From positions 2,310,001-2,342,000 of the forward strand of contig NC_014034.1 in the NCBI RefSeq assembly GCF_000021865.1: 32,000 nucleotides of DNA. The letters run 5' to 3'. Shown piece by piece: positions 15,777-24,175 of this stretch. The notes beneath the pieces are model-generated. The model was not told the DNA's origin. It did no database searches and saw nothing but the letters and a program-made list of their open reading frames with translations. The first letter of the stretch is position 1, and every line of letters starts with the position of its first letter. Source of the DNA: Rhodobacter capsulatus SB 1003 (GTDB lineage: Bacteria > Pseudomonadota > Alphaproteobacteria > Rhodobacterales > Rhodobacteraceae). A program made the translations under genes and the position numbers.

Positions 15777-17081
15777 ATGATCCCGCGCTATGCCCGCAAA
15801 GAGATGGTCGACATCTGGGAACCCGCCACGAAATTCAAGATCTGGTACGAGATCGAGGCCCATGCCTGCGACGCGCAGGCCGCCCTTGGCGTGATCCCCA
15901 AGGCCAATGCCGAGGCGGTCTGGCGTGCGAAAGACGTCGAATTCGACGTCGCCCGCATCGACGAGATCGAGGCGGTGACGAAACATGACGTGATCGCGTT
16001 TCTGACCCATCTGGCCGAGCATATCGGCTCGGATGATGCGCGGTTCGTCCATCAGGGCATGACCTCGTCGGACGTTCTGGATACCACGCTGAACATCCAG
16101 CTGGTGCGGGCGGCCGACATTCTTCTGAAGGACATGGACCGGGTTCTGGCGGCGCTGAAAAAGCGCGCCTATGAGCACAAGGACACCGTCCGCATCGGGC
16201 GGAGCCACGGCATCCACGCCGAACCCACCACGATGGGGCTGACCTTCGCGCGGTTTTACGCCGAGATGGACCGCAACCGGGCGCGTCTGGTCAACGCCCG
16301 CGCCGAAGTGGCGACGGGGGCGATTTCGGGCGCCGTCGGCACCTTTGCCAATATCGATCCGCGGGTCGAGGAACATGTCTGTGCGCAGTTGGGCCTGATC
16401 CCGGAACCGATCTCGACCCAGGTCATTCCGCGCGACCGCCATGCGATGTTCTTTGCGACGCTGGGCGTCATCGCCTCCTCGATCGAGAATTGCGCCATTG
16501 AAATCCGCCACATGCAGCGCACCGAAGTGCTTGAAGCGGAAGAGTTTTTCTCCAAGGGGCAAAAGGGCTCCTCGGCGATGCCGCACAAGCGCAACCCGGT
16601 TCTGACGGAAAACCTGACCGGGCTGGCGCGTCTGGTGCGGATGTGCGTCGTGCCGGCGATGGAGAATGTGGCGCTTTGGCATGAGCGCGACATCTCGCAT
16701 TCCTCGGTCGAACGCGGCATCGGCCCGGATGCGACGATCACGCTCGATTTCGCGCTGAACCGGCTGGCGGGCGTGATCGAGAACCTCGTGATCTATCCCG
16801 AGAACATGCTCAAGAACATGAACAAGTTCAAAGGTCTGGTGATGAGCCAGCGGGTGCTTCTGGCGCTGACGCAGGCCGGTGTCTCGCGCGAGGACAGCTA
16901 CCGGCTGGTGCAGCGGAACGCGATGAAGGTCTGGGAACAGGGCGCGGATTTCAAGACCGAGCTTCTGGCCGACCCGGAAGTGACCGCCGCGCTCAGCCCC
17001 GCCGAGATCGAGGAGAAATTCGATCTGGGCTATCACACCAAGCACGTCGACACGATTTTTGCCCGCGTTTTCGGCGCGTAA
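15777..17081 (+). CDS. purB: Adenylosuccinate lyase
   Basis: 434 aa, MIPRYARKEMVDIWEP..., with GSSAMPHKRNP (the lyase signature loop). AGGAGG (15764-15769) lies 7 nt before the ATG. It is only the last part of a 1481-aa track ORF. Confidence 0.97.
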   Translation: MIPRYARKEMVDIWEPATKFKIWYEIEAHACDAQAALGVIPKANAEAVWRAKDVEFDVARIDEIEAVTKHDVIAFLTHLAEHIGSDDARFVHQGMTSSDVLDTTLNIQLVRAADILLKDMDRVLAALKKRAYEHKDTVRIGRSHGIHAEPTTMGLTFARFYAEMDRNRARLVNARAEVATGAISGAVGTFANIDPRVEEHVCAQLGLIPEPISTQVIPRDRHAMFFATLGVIASSIENCAIEIRHMQRTEVLEAEEFFSKGQKGSSAMPHKRNPVLTENLTGLARLVRMCVVPAMENVALWHERDISHSSVERGIGPDATITLDFALNRLAGVIENLVIYPENMLKNMNKFKGLVMSQRVLLALTQAGVSREDSYRLVQRNAMKVWEQGADFKTELLADPEVTAALSPAEIEEKFDLGYHTKHVDTIFARVFGA

Positions 17082-17143
17082 GCGACAAAGCGCAAACCGC
17101 AAAAGGTCCGTTTTCGGCGCGGAAGCGACGGCACGGAACAAAT

Positions 17144-17174
17144 GCCCGGGCGGGTTTTTCGTCCCCGCCCGGGC
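17144..17174 (+). other. GC-rich 11-bp stem-loop between purB and fliG
   Basis: GCCCGGGCGGG (17144-17154) / CCCGCCCGGGC (17164-17174) with loop TTTTTCGTC. No trailing T tract, so the terminator function is uncertain. Confidence 0.4.
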
Positions 17175-17178
17175 GTTG

Positions 17179-17194
17179 CTAACCGCGGTTTAAC
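17179..17194 (+). promoter_or_regulatory. CtrA-box-like site upstream of fliG
   Basis: CTAA-CCGCGGT-TTAAC versus the consensus TTAA-N7-TTAAC (one mismatch), 45 nt upstream of the fliG GTG. Confidence 0.35.
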
Positions 17195-17238
17195 CGCTTG
17201 CTGCGAAGCTCTCCGGACAAGACGGATCGGAGACGCTC

Positions 17239-18297
17239 GTGAACGCCATCACCCCCAGATCGCCGCTCGGGCAGCTGGCCATGCCCGGTCAGCCGCCCCG
17301 ACCGACCCTGACGCGGCGGCAAAAGGCTGCGATCATCGTGCGGCTCTTGTCGTCGGAGGGGCAGAAGCTGCCCTTGATGGAGCTGTCGGACGACCAGCAG
17401 ACGCAGCTGGCCGAATCGATCGCGCAGATGCGGCTGATCGATCGCGACACGCTGCATCAGGTGGTGCAGGAATTCTGCACCGAACTGGAAGCCGTCGGCC
17501 TGGCCTTCCCCGGCGGGCTGGATGGCGCCCTGAAGCTGCTCGACGGTCAGCTCTCGGCCTCGGCCGCGACGCGGATCCGGCGCATGGCCACGGGCACTTC
17601 GCGCGCCGATCCCTGGGAACGGGTGACGGGGCTTTCGGCCGATGTGCTGCTGCCGGTGCTTCTGGAAGAAAGCATCGAGGTGGGGGCGGTGATGCTCTCG
17701 AAACTCTCGGTGTCGAAATCGGCGGAACTCTTGGGCAAGATGCCCGCGGACCGGGCGCGGCGGCTGACCTATGCCGTCTCGCTGACCGGCAATGTCGCGC
17801 CCGAAACCGTGCAGCGCATCGGCGCGGCGCTCGCCGATCAGCTGGATGCCGCCCCGGTCAAGGCCTTTGAAACCGGCCCGGTCGAACGCGTCGGCGCCAT
17901 CCTCAACTTCTCGCCCGCCGTCACCCGCGATTCCGTGCTCAAGGGCCTCGAGGAAGACGACAAGGAATTTGCCGAACAGGTGCGCAAGGCGATCTTCACC
18001 TTCACCAACATCCATGCCCGGATCGAGCCGCGCGACATCCCGAAAATCCTGCGCGCCGTCGATCAGGCCAAGCTTATTCTGGCGCTGGCGGGGGCCAAGG
18101 GCGACGCGGCGAAATCGGCCGAATTCATCCTGGCGAACATGTCGCAACGGATGGCGCAGAACCTGCGCGACGAGATGGCAAACCTTGGCAAGGTCAAGGA
18201 AAAGGACGTCGAGGAGGCGATGAACGAAATCGTCAACGCGATCCGCGACCTCGAGTCAAAGGGCGAGATCTTCCTCGTCGCCGAGGATTCGGAGTAA
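17239..18297 (+). CDS. fliG: Flagellar motor switch protein FliG (no other flagellar genes in the window)
   Basis: RRQKAAIIVRLL..., three FliG-like helical repeats, and a C-terminal charged helix region (MSQRMAQNLRDEM, EEAMNEIVNAIRDLE). GTG start at 17239; an alternative ATG lies at 17281. Confidence 0.9.
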   Translation: MNAITPRSPLGQLAMPGQPPRPTLTRRQKAAIIVRLLSSEGQKLPLMELSDDQQTQLAESIAQMRLIDRDTLHQVVQEFCTELEAVGLAFPGGLDGALKLLDGQLSASAATRIRRMATGTSRADPWERVTGLSADVLLPVLLEESIEVGAVMLSKLSVSKSAELLGKMPADRARRLTYAVSLTGNVAPETVQRIGAALADQLDAAPVKAFETGPVERVGAILNFSPAVTRDSVLKGLEEDDKEFAEQVRKAIFTFTNIHARIEPRDIPKILRAVDQAKLILALAGAKGDAAKSAEFILANMSQRMAQNLRDEMANLGKVKEKDVEEAMNEIVNAIRDLESKGEIFLVAEDSE

Positions 18298-18398
18298 CCC
18301 GGCCCGCCCGCGCCCGGTCGGGCTTCACCCCGGCCGCGGCCTCCTCTATCCTGCGCGCGGCGGGGCAGCGGCCCCCGTCCTGACAGCGGGGGCGGCAG

Positions 18399-18542
18399 AT
18401 GACCAATACCATCGCGATCCGGCTGGGGCTGGTTCTGGCTCTGGCTTTCCTGGCCGATGCGGTTTTCGCGCAAGGCGCGGGATTTCTGTTCCTGGCCCGC
18501 AAGACCTTTCTGCTGATCGACTGGATCGCCTTCTGGCGTTAG
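18399..18542 (+). CDS. Candidate 47-aa small membrane protein (MTNTIAIRLGLVLALAFLADAVFAQGAGFLFLARKTFLLIDWIAFWR)
   Basis: Below the size cut-off of the ORF track. The ATG is preceded by GGGGGCGG, the sequence has two hydrophobic stretches, and GC3 is moderately high. No homology recognised. Confidence 0.35.
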   Translation: MTNTIAIRLGLVLALAFLADAVFAQGAGFLFLARKTFLLIDWIAFWR

Positions 18543-18680
18543 CGCTGGCGCGAGCGCGAACGGCGCCGCAAGCGCGGTTTCCCCGGTCGAAATTGTGTCG
18601 GAACTGGTTTCTGCTGTTGACCTTTCCTGCATCTTGACCAAGGTAGCGGCGACTTGAGGACCGAGCCAAAGGAGGCTGAG

Positions 18681-19682
18681 ATGGCGGTGAAGGTGGCGAT
18701 CAACGGATTCGGACGCATCGGGCGCAACGTGCTGCGCGCGATCATCGAATCGGGGCGGACCGATATTGAAGTCGTGGCGATCAACGATCTCGGCCCGGTG
18801 GAAACCAACGCCCACCTGCTGCGGTTCGACAGCGTTCACGGCCGTTTCCCGGCCACGGTGACGACCGGCGAAGACTGGATCGACGTCGGCCGCGGCCCGA
18901 TCAAGGTCACCGCGATCCGCAACCCGGCCGAACTGCCCTGGGGCAATGTCGATGTGGCGATGGAATGCACCGGCATCTTCACCTCCAAGGAAAAATGCGC
19001 CGCCCACCTGCAAAACGGCTCGAAACGCGTGCTGATCTCGGCGCCGGGCGACAATGCCGACAAGACCATCGTCTTCGGCGTCAACCACGACACGCTGACG
19101 AAAGATGACATCATCGTTTCGAACGCGTCCTGCACCACGAACTGCCTCTCGCCGGTGGCCAAGGTCCTCAACGATGCGATCGGCATCGAAAAGGGCTTCA
19201 TGACGACGATCCACAGCTACACCGGCGACCAGCCGACGCTCGACACGATGCACAAGGATCTCTACCGCGCCCGCGCCGCCGCGCTGAGCATGATCCCGAC
19301 CTCGACCGGCGCCGCCAAGGCCGTCGGCCTCGTGCTGCCGGAACTCAAGGGCAAGCTTGACGGCGTCGCCATCCGCGTGCCGACGCCGAATGTCTCGGTC
19401 GTCGATCTCGTGTTCGAAGCCAAGCGCGCCACCACCGTCGCCGAGGTGAATGACGCGATCCGCGCCGCCGCCAATGGCCCGCTCAAAGGCGTGCTCGGCT
19501 TCACCGACCAGCCGAATGTCTCGTCGGACTTCAACCACGACCCGCATTCCTCGGTCTTCCACATGGATCAGACCAAGGTGATGGACGGCACGATGGTGCG
19601 CATCCTGACCTGGTACGACAACGAATGGGGCTTCTCGAACCGCATGTCGGATACCGCCGTGGCGATGGGCAAGCTGATCTGA
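18681..19682 (+). CDS. gap: Glyceraldehyde-3-phosphate dehydrogenase (type I)
   Basis: [16 protein letters not shown] (Rossmann fold) and the active site [18 protein letters not shown] (18668-18675) lies 5 nt before the ATG at 18681. Confidence 0.97.
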   Translation: MAVKVAINGFGRIGRNVLRAIIESGRTDIEVVAINDLGPVETNAHLLRFDSVHGRFPATVTTGEDWIDVGRGPIKVTAIRNPAELPWGNVDVAMECTGIFTSKEKCAAHLQNGSKRVLISAPGDNADKTIVFGVNHDTLTKDDIIVSNASCTTNCLSPVAKVLNDAIGIEKGFMTTIHSYTGDQPTLDTMHKDLYRARAAALSMIPTSTGAAKAVGLVLPELKGKLDGVAIRVPTPNVSVVDLVFEAKRATTVAEVNDAIRAAANGPLKGVLGFTDQPNVSSDFNHDPHSSVFHMDQTKVMDGTMVRILTWYDNEWGFSNRMSDTAVAMGKLI

Positions 19683-19705
19683 TCGCAAGATCCGGACCGT
19701 TTCAG

Positions 19706-19731
19706 GGGGCAGCCGCAGGGCTGCCCCTTTT
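19706..19731 (+). terminator. Intrinsic terminator after gap
   Basis: GGGGCAGCC (19706-19714) / GGCTGCCCC (19719-19727), 4-nt loop, then TTTT. Confidence 0.85.
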
Positions 19732-19860
19732 GCATGGCGGGGGTGCGGCGCAGACAACCGTTGCAGGTGCCGCATCGCGGCATTGCCGGAACGTCGGTTG
19801 CGGGAGATGCCCGAAAAGCGCATCTTCCGGTCAAGAAAACTGACCACCTGGACCTGAAAG

Positions 19861-20025
19861 ATGAAACGCCTCCTCTCCCGCCTGATCGCTTCTGCCGAAC
19901 GTCACGCCCGCTATCGCCGCACCCGCGACGAGATCGCCCGGCTGAGCCCGCGGCTGAGCCGCGATCTGGGGATTTCGCCGCAAGATGCCGAAGACCTCGC
20001 GCATCGCGCGGTCTATGGTCACTGA
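19861..20025 (+). CDS. DUF1127 domain small protein (54 aa: MKRLLSRLIASAERHARYRRTRDEIARLSPRLSRDLGISPQDAEDLAHRAVYGH)
   Basis: Not in the ORF track (under 60 aa). The Arg-rich core R..R.E(I/L)ARLS.R.L.D(L/I)GIS..D is the DUF1127 pattern. An intrinsic terminator follows immediately. The SD is weak. Confidence 0.7.
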   Translation: MKRLLSRLIASAERHARYRRTRDEIARLSPRLSRDLGISPQDAEDLAHRAVYGH

Positions 20026-20051
20026 CCTCCCTTCGCATCGTCGCGAAACCT

Positions 20052-20074
20052 GGGGCCCTGCGGGGCCCCTTTTT
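20052..20074 (+). terminator. Intrinsic terminator after the DUF1127 gene
   Basis: GGGGCCC (20052-20058) / GGGCCCC (20063-20069), 4-nt loop, then TTTTT (20070-20074). Confidence 0.8.
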
Positions 20075-20180
20075 CGGCTTGGCCTCCGCCAAGGGCGGCA
20101 ACGGCGCGCAGAGCGCCGCACGGATCGGCCGATGGCGGAGAGGAATTTCGCCGCGCAGGCGCGGCGACCCGGGCGCGGCC

Positions 20181-20305
20181 CCGCACCCCCGGCGTATTTG
20201 CGCCAAGAAAAAGCCGGGGCGCGCATGCGGGGCCCCGGATCACCGGCGGCCCGGGCGGCTTTCACCTGGGGCCAAAGATCCCGGGGGTCCCGGGGGCCCC
20301 CGGCG
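20181..20305. repeat. Palindromic intergenic repeat, copy B (same arms, expanded centre)
   Basis: CCGCACCCCCGGCGTATTTGCGCCAAGAAAAAGC ... GGCTTTCACCTGGGGCCAAAGATCCCGGGGGTCCCGGGGGCCCCCGG. Both arms align with copy A. Confidence 0.7.
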
Positions 20306-20336
20306 GGTCGCCGAGGCATCGCCTCGGCGAAATCCC

Positions 20337-22898
20337 TTAGTAAAGACCGCCCGCGGACAGGGATCCGAAGGTCGCCTTCTTCGGGATCACCCGCTGTTCC
20401 CCGGTCGAGGTCGTCACCGCCGTCGTGTCGGTGTCGGTCTCGCCCTGCGCGAACAGCGGCAGGTTCTCGCCCATCGCAAAGCCGCCATCGACGATCTGCC
20501 CAAGCGAGCGCATCTCCTGGCCCTCGCGCAGATATTCCGCCTGCACGAAATCGCCGGTGGCGTCATCGGGCAGCTTCTCGCCGGTGAAGCGGTTGTATTT
20601 CTGCCAATAGCCCCCCGGCGGCACCTTGAAGGCCGCGCCGCCGTAATCCTTCACCGCTTCCTGCATGAACTCGTTGAACACCGGCACGCAAAGCGTGCCG
20701 CCGTAAGCCCCCGGCCCCAACGTGCGCGGCTGGTCATAGCCCATGTAGCACGAGGCCACGATGTTCGAGGTGAAGCCGGTGAACCACACGTCTTTCGCGT
20801 CATTCGTCGTCCCGGTCTTGCCCGCCACCGGCACCGGCAGGTTGACCCCGGTCCCGGTGCCGCGCTTCACCGCGCCTTCCATCAGCGAGATCATCTGATA
20901 GGCGGTGATCGCATTGATCACCTGTTCCCGGTCCGAGCGCACCCGCGGCCCCAGCCCCGCGGACAGGTCGGGATTGCCGCAATCCGGGCAGGTCGTCGTC
21001 GCGTCATGGCGATAGATCGTCCGCCCCCAGCGGTCCTGCACCCGGTCGACCAGCGTCGGCTCCACCCGCTGCCCGCCATTGGCGAACATCGCATAGGCCG
21101 AGATCAGCTTGTACATCGTGGTTTCCTGCGAGCCGAGCGAATTGGCCAGGAACTGCCCCATCGGATCATAGACCCCGAAGCGTTCGGCATAGCCCGCCAC
21201 CACATCCATGCCGACTTCCTGCGCGATCCGCACCGTCATCAGGTTCCGGCTCTGCTCAAGCCCCGTGCGCAACGGCGTCGGCCCGTAATATTTGTTCGAG
21301 GCGTTCTTCGGCCGCCACAGGCCCTGCGGCGTGTCCACCTCGATCGGCGCATCGACGACGATCGTTTCCGGGCTGAAGCCGCTGTCGAGCGCCGCCGCAT
21401 AGACGAAGGGCTTGAAGTTCGAGCCGGGCTGCCGCATCGCCTGCGTCGCGCGGTTGAAGACCGAGGCCTGATAGGAAAAGCCGCCCTGCATCGCCAGCAC
21501 GCGCCCGGTATGCACGTCCATCGCGACAAAGGCCCCGCCGACCACCGGCACCTGCCGCAGCGACCAGCGCAGGAAACTGCCGTCCTCGTCCTTCGTCACC
21601 GCCCGCACCAGCACGACATCGCCGACATCGACCAGATCCGAGGCCCGTTTCGCCCGCGGCCCCAGCTTGCCATCCGCCAGCCGCTTGCGCGCCCAGGTCA
21701 CGTCATTGGCCGGGATCCAGTGGCCGTCCGCGTCTTCGTCCACCCCCTCGATGCCGATGCGGGCCTCCTTGTCGGTCAGCTCCAGCACCACCGCCACATG
21801 CCAGCCTTCAACATCGCGCGGCGCCTTGTCGGTCGGCACCGCGGCCAGCGCCGCGCGCCAGCCCGCCGCGTCGCCCAGCTTGTCGGCGGCAATCCGCACC
21901 CCGGTGCCGCGCCAGACGCCCTGACCGCGGTCGTATTTCTCCAAAGCCTCCTGCAGCGCCTTTGCCGCCTGCCGCTGCAGCTTCGGGTCCACCGTCGCCC
22001 GGATCGTCAGACCGCCGCCGAAGAATTCATCCTGTCCGAAGCTTTTCGACAGCTGCCGACGGATCTCGTCGGTGAAATAGTCGCGCGGCGGCAGCGCCTG
22101 ACGGAAGGTCTCGTAATCGCCGCGCTGCACGGACCGCAGCTCGGTCGCCTGTTCGGCCTCCATCTGCGCTTTCGTGATGTGACCGTCCTCGAACAACCGC
22201 CGCAGCACGTAGTTGCGCCGCAGCCGCGCCTCTTCGTAGTTGCGCACCGGATGCAGCTCGGCCGGTTTCTTAGGCAGCGCCGCCAGATAGGCGGCCTCGG
22301 AAATGGTCAGCGCGGTCAGCGGCTTGTTGAAATAGGTCTGGGCCGCGGCGGCGACGCCATAGGAATTCTGCCCGAGGAAGATCTCGTTCAGATAAAGCTC
22401 AAGGATCCGATCCTTGGACAAGGCCTGTTCGACGCGCGAGGCGAGGATCAGCTCCTTGATCTTGCGCTCGGCCGAGCGCGAGCCGTCGAGCAGGAAGTTC
22501 TTCATCACCTGCTGCGTGATCGTCGAGGCCCCGCGCATGTCGCGCCCGCCCGATTTCACCGCGGCGTAAAGCGCGGCCACCATGCCCTGCGCGTCATAGC
22601 CCTTGTGGATGTAGAAGTTCTGATCCTCGGCCGAGACGAAGGCTTCCTTGACGATGTCGGGAATGTCCTGGATCGGCACGAAAATCCGGCGTTCCTGGGC
22701 GAATTCGTCGATCAATCGGCCCTCGCCCGAATAGATCCGGCTGATCGTCTTCGGCGTGTATTGCGCCAGCTGCTCATGGCTCGGCAGGTTGCGCGAATAC
22801 ATGTAGAAGATGCCGCCGATGGTCAGCGCGACAAAGAACAGCGCGGTGACGATCCAGGAGAAGACCCCCCCGAGCGAAGACAGGATGAAGCGGATCAA
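20337..22898 (-). CDS. mrcA: Penicillin-binding protein 1A (bifunctional transglycosylase/transpeptidase)
   Basis: GT51 motifs are EDQNFYIHKGYD, GASTITQQ and RKIKE. Transpeptidase motifs are SNFKP (SxxK), SRN and KTGTT. The start codon at 22898 reads TTG (TTGATCCGC), preceded by GGGGGTG, and no in-frame ATG lies before the TM helix. Confidence 0.95.
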   Translation of the reverse strand: MIRFILSSLGGVFSWIVTALFFVALTIGGIFYMYSRNLPSHEQLAQYTPKTISRIYSGEGRLIDEFAQERRIFVPIQDIPDIVKEAFVSAEDQNFYIHKGYDAQGMVAALYAAVKSGGRDMRGASTITQQVMKNFLLDGSRSAERKIKELILASRVEQALSKDRILELYLNEIFLGQNSYGVAAAAQTYFNKPLTALTISEAAYLAALPKKPAELHPVRNYEEARLRRNYVLRRLFEDGHITKAQMEAEQATELRSVQRGDYETFRQALPPRDYFTDEIRRQLSKSFGQDEFFGGGLTIRATVDPKLQRQAAKALQEALEKYDRGQGVWRGTGVRIAADKLGDAAGWRAALAAVPTDKAPRDVEGWHVAVVLELTDKEARIGIEGVDEDADGHWIPANDVTWARKRLADGKLGPRAKRASDLVDVGDVVLVRAVTKDEDGSFLRWSLRQVPVVGGAFVAMDVHTGRVLAMQGGFSYQASVFNRATQAMRQPGSNFKPFVYAAALDSGFSPETIVVDAPIEVDTPQGLWRPKNASNKYYGPTPLRTGLEQSRNLMTVRIAQEVGMDVVAGYAERFGVYDPMGQFLANSLGSQETTMYKLISAYAMFANGGQRVEPTLVDRVQDRWGRTIYRHDATTTCPDCGNPDLSAGLGPRVRSDREQVINAITAYQMISLMEGAVKRGTGTGVNLPVPVAGKTGTTNDAKDVWFTGFTSNIVASCYMGYDQPRTLGPGAYGGTLCVPVFNEFMQEAVKDYGGAAFKVPPGGYWQKYNRFTGEKLPDDATGDFVQAEYLREGQEMRSLGQIVDGGFAMGENLPLFAQGETDTDTTAVTTSTGEQRVIPKKATFGSLSAGGLY

Positions 22899-23009
22899 GG
22901 AGCACCCCCAAAGGCCATCTGGCCCGTTGCCGCCCCTATAGCGCGGGGCGCAGATCGGGTCAAAGCAAGTTCCTGTATACCACGAAACGCCCGCGGGAAC
23001 CCGCCGGGA

Positions 23010-23768
23010 TCAGCCCAGCTCCGCCAGCGCCGGGAAGGTGTCAAGCAGCCAGAACGACAGATCCGAGAGCTGCCCGGTCAGCATCATCAGCCCGATCGTC
23101 CAGAGCAGCAGGCCCGAGATCTTCTCGATCCGGCCCATGTTGCGGCGCATGAAGGCCAACGCCCCGCCGAGGCTGGGAAAGAAGGCGGCCACGATCAGGA
23201 AGGGCAGGCCCAGCCCGGCGGCATAGGCGGACAAAAGGCCCATGCCGCGGCCGATCGTGCCCTCGGCCATCGCCATCGAGGCGATCGTGCCCAGAACCGG
23301 GCCAAGGCAGGGCGTCCAGCCGAAGGCGAAGGCCAGGCCCAGCAGATAGGCGCCAAGCGCCGAGCCGCCCTGATCGCCGGTGTCAAAGCGCATCTCGCGG
23401 TCGAGAAAGCCGATTCGATAGACGCCGATGAAATGCGCGCCGAAGATCATCACCACAAGGCCCGAGACCTTGGCGAGAGTGTCCTTCCACGCGCCCAAAG
23501 CCTGCCCCAGCGCCGAGGCCCCCAGCCCCATCATCAGGAACACGGTCGACAGGCCAAGCACGAAGAACAGCGCCGCCAGCAGCACCGGCCCGCGCGCGGC
23601 GGGGCGGCCCGCGCCCATGTCGCTGACCGTCACCCCGCCCATATAGGCCAGATAGGGCGGCACGATCGGCAGCACGCAGGGGCTGAGAAACGACAGCACT
23701 CCGGCCAGAAAGGCGGTGGCGGCGGCGGTCAGGAAGCCCGCGTCGAAGAGAAGGTCAGTCGGCGTCAT
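23010..23768 (-). CDS. ccdA: Cytochrome c biogenesis thiol-reductant transporter CcdA (DsbD-core family)
   Basis: Six-TM protein with FLSPCVLPIVPPY and GWTPCLGPVLG, the two conserved Cys motifs of CcdA/DsbD. Confidence 0.9.
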   Translation of the reverse strand: MTPTDLLFDAGFLTAAATAFLAGVLSFLSPCVLPIVPPYLAYMGGVTVSDMGAGRPAARGPVLLAALFFVLGLSTVFLMMGLGASALGQALGAWKDTLAKVSGLVVMIFGAHFIGVYRIGFLDREMRFDTGDQGGSALGAYLLGLAFAFGWTPCLGPVLGTIASMAMAEGTIGRGMGLLSAYAAGLGLPFLIVAAFFPSLGGALAFMRRNMGRIEKISGLLLWTIGLMMLTGQLSDLSFWLLDTFPALAELG

Positions 23769-23859
23769 GCGCCTTTCTAGCAGGGCTGCGGCCCGGCGTC
23801 ACCGGGGCACGGCTCACATTGCCGTGGACAGGGCCGCGCCCGGGCGTTACGCCCGCCCC

Positions 23860-24117
23860 ATGACGACAGCCCCTGCCCTTTCGCTCGATCTGCGCGGCCT
23901 TTTGTGCCCGCTGCCGGTGTTGCGGCTGGCCAAGGCCCTGCGCGGCCTGCCCGAAGGCGCCGTGGTCGAGATGCAGGCGACCGACCGCGCCAGCTGGATC
24001 GACGTGCCGCATTTCTGCGCCCAATCCGGCCATTCCCTTGTCGCGGCCCGGGAGGTCGCGGGCGTGCTGATCTACACCGTCGCGCGCGGCCCGGACCGGC
24101 CCGATCCCGAAAGCTGA
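23860..24117 (+). CDS. TusA/SirA-family sulfurtransferase-like protein (85 aa)
   Basis: LDLRGLLCPLPVLRLAKAL contains the TusA CPxP active-site motif. The ATG at 23860 has no obvious SD. The upstream part of the track ORF is Arg-rich and overlaps ccdA. Confidence 0.75.
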   Translation: MTTAPALSLDLRGLLCPLPVLRLAKALRGLPEGAVVEMQATDRASWIDVPHFCAQSGHSLVAAREVAGVLIYTVARGPDRPDPES

Positions 24118-24126
24118 GCGACACAG

Positions 24127-24161
24127 CAAAACGCCGGGCCAGGGCCCGGCGTTTCGGTTTT
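24127..24161. terminator. Bidirectional intrinsic terminator between the tusA-like gene (+) and rne (-)
   Basis: ACGCCGGGC (24131-24139) / GCCCGGCGT (24144-24152). It is flanked by CAAAA on the left and TTTCGGTTTT on the right. Confidence 0.8.
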
Positions 24162-24175
24162 CCGGTCTGCGGGGC

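Noticed and set aside
12636-17081. 1481-aa ORF on the + strand
   Set aside because: Only its last 434 codons (15777-17081) are purB. The rest runs antisense to mprF and the DUF6314-like gene and translates to Arg/Gly/Pro/His-rich sequence with no recognisable domains. This is a high-GC stop-codon-poor shadow frame.
19734-23780. 1348-aa + strand ORF, and similar giants at 27709-31947 (+), 25025-27520 (+), 1559-3439 (-), 6786-9224 (-), 18063-19847 (-)
   Set aside because: All lie antisense to confidently identified genes (mrcA/ccdA, the two-component pair with purQ/purS, rne, tkt, acnA, gap). All have the Arg/Pro/Gly/His-rich composition typical of non-coding frames in GC-rich DNA.
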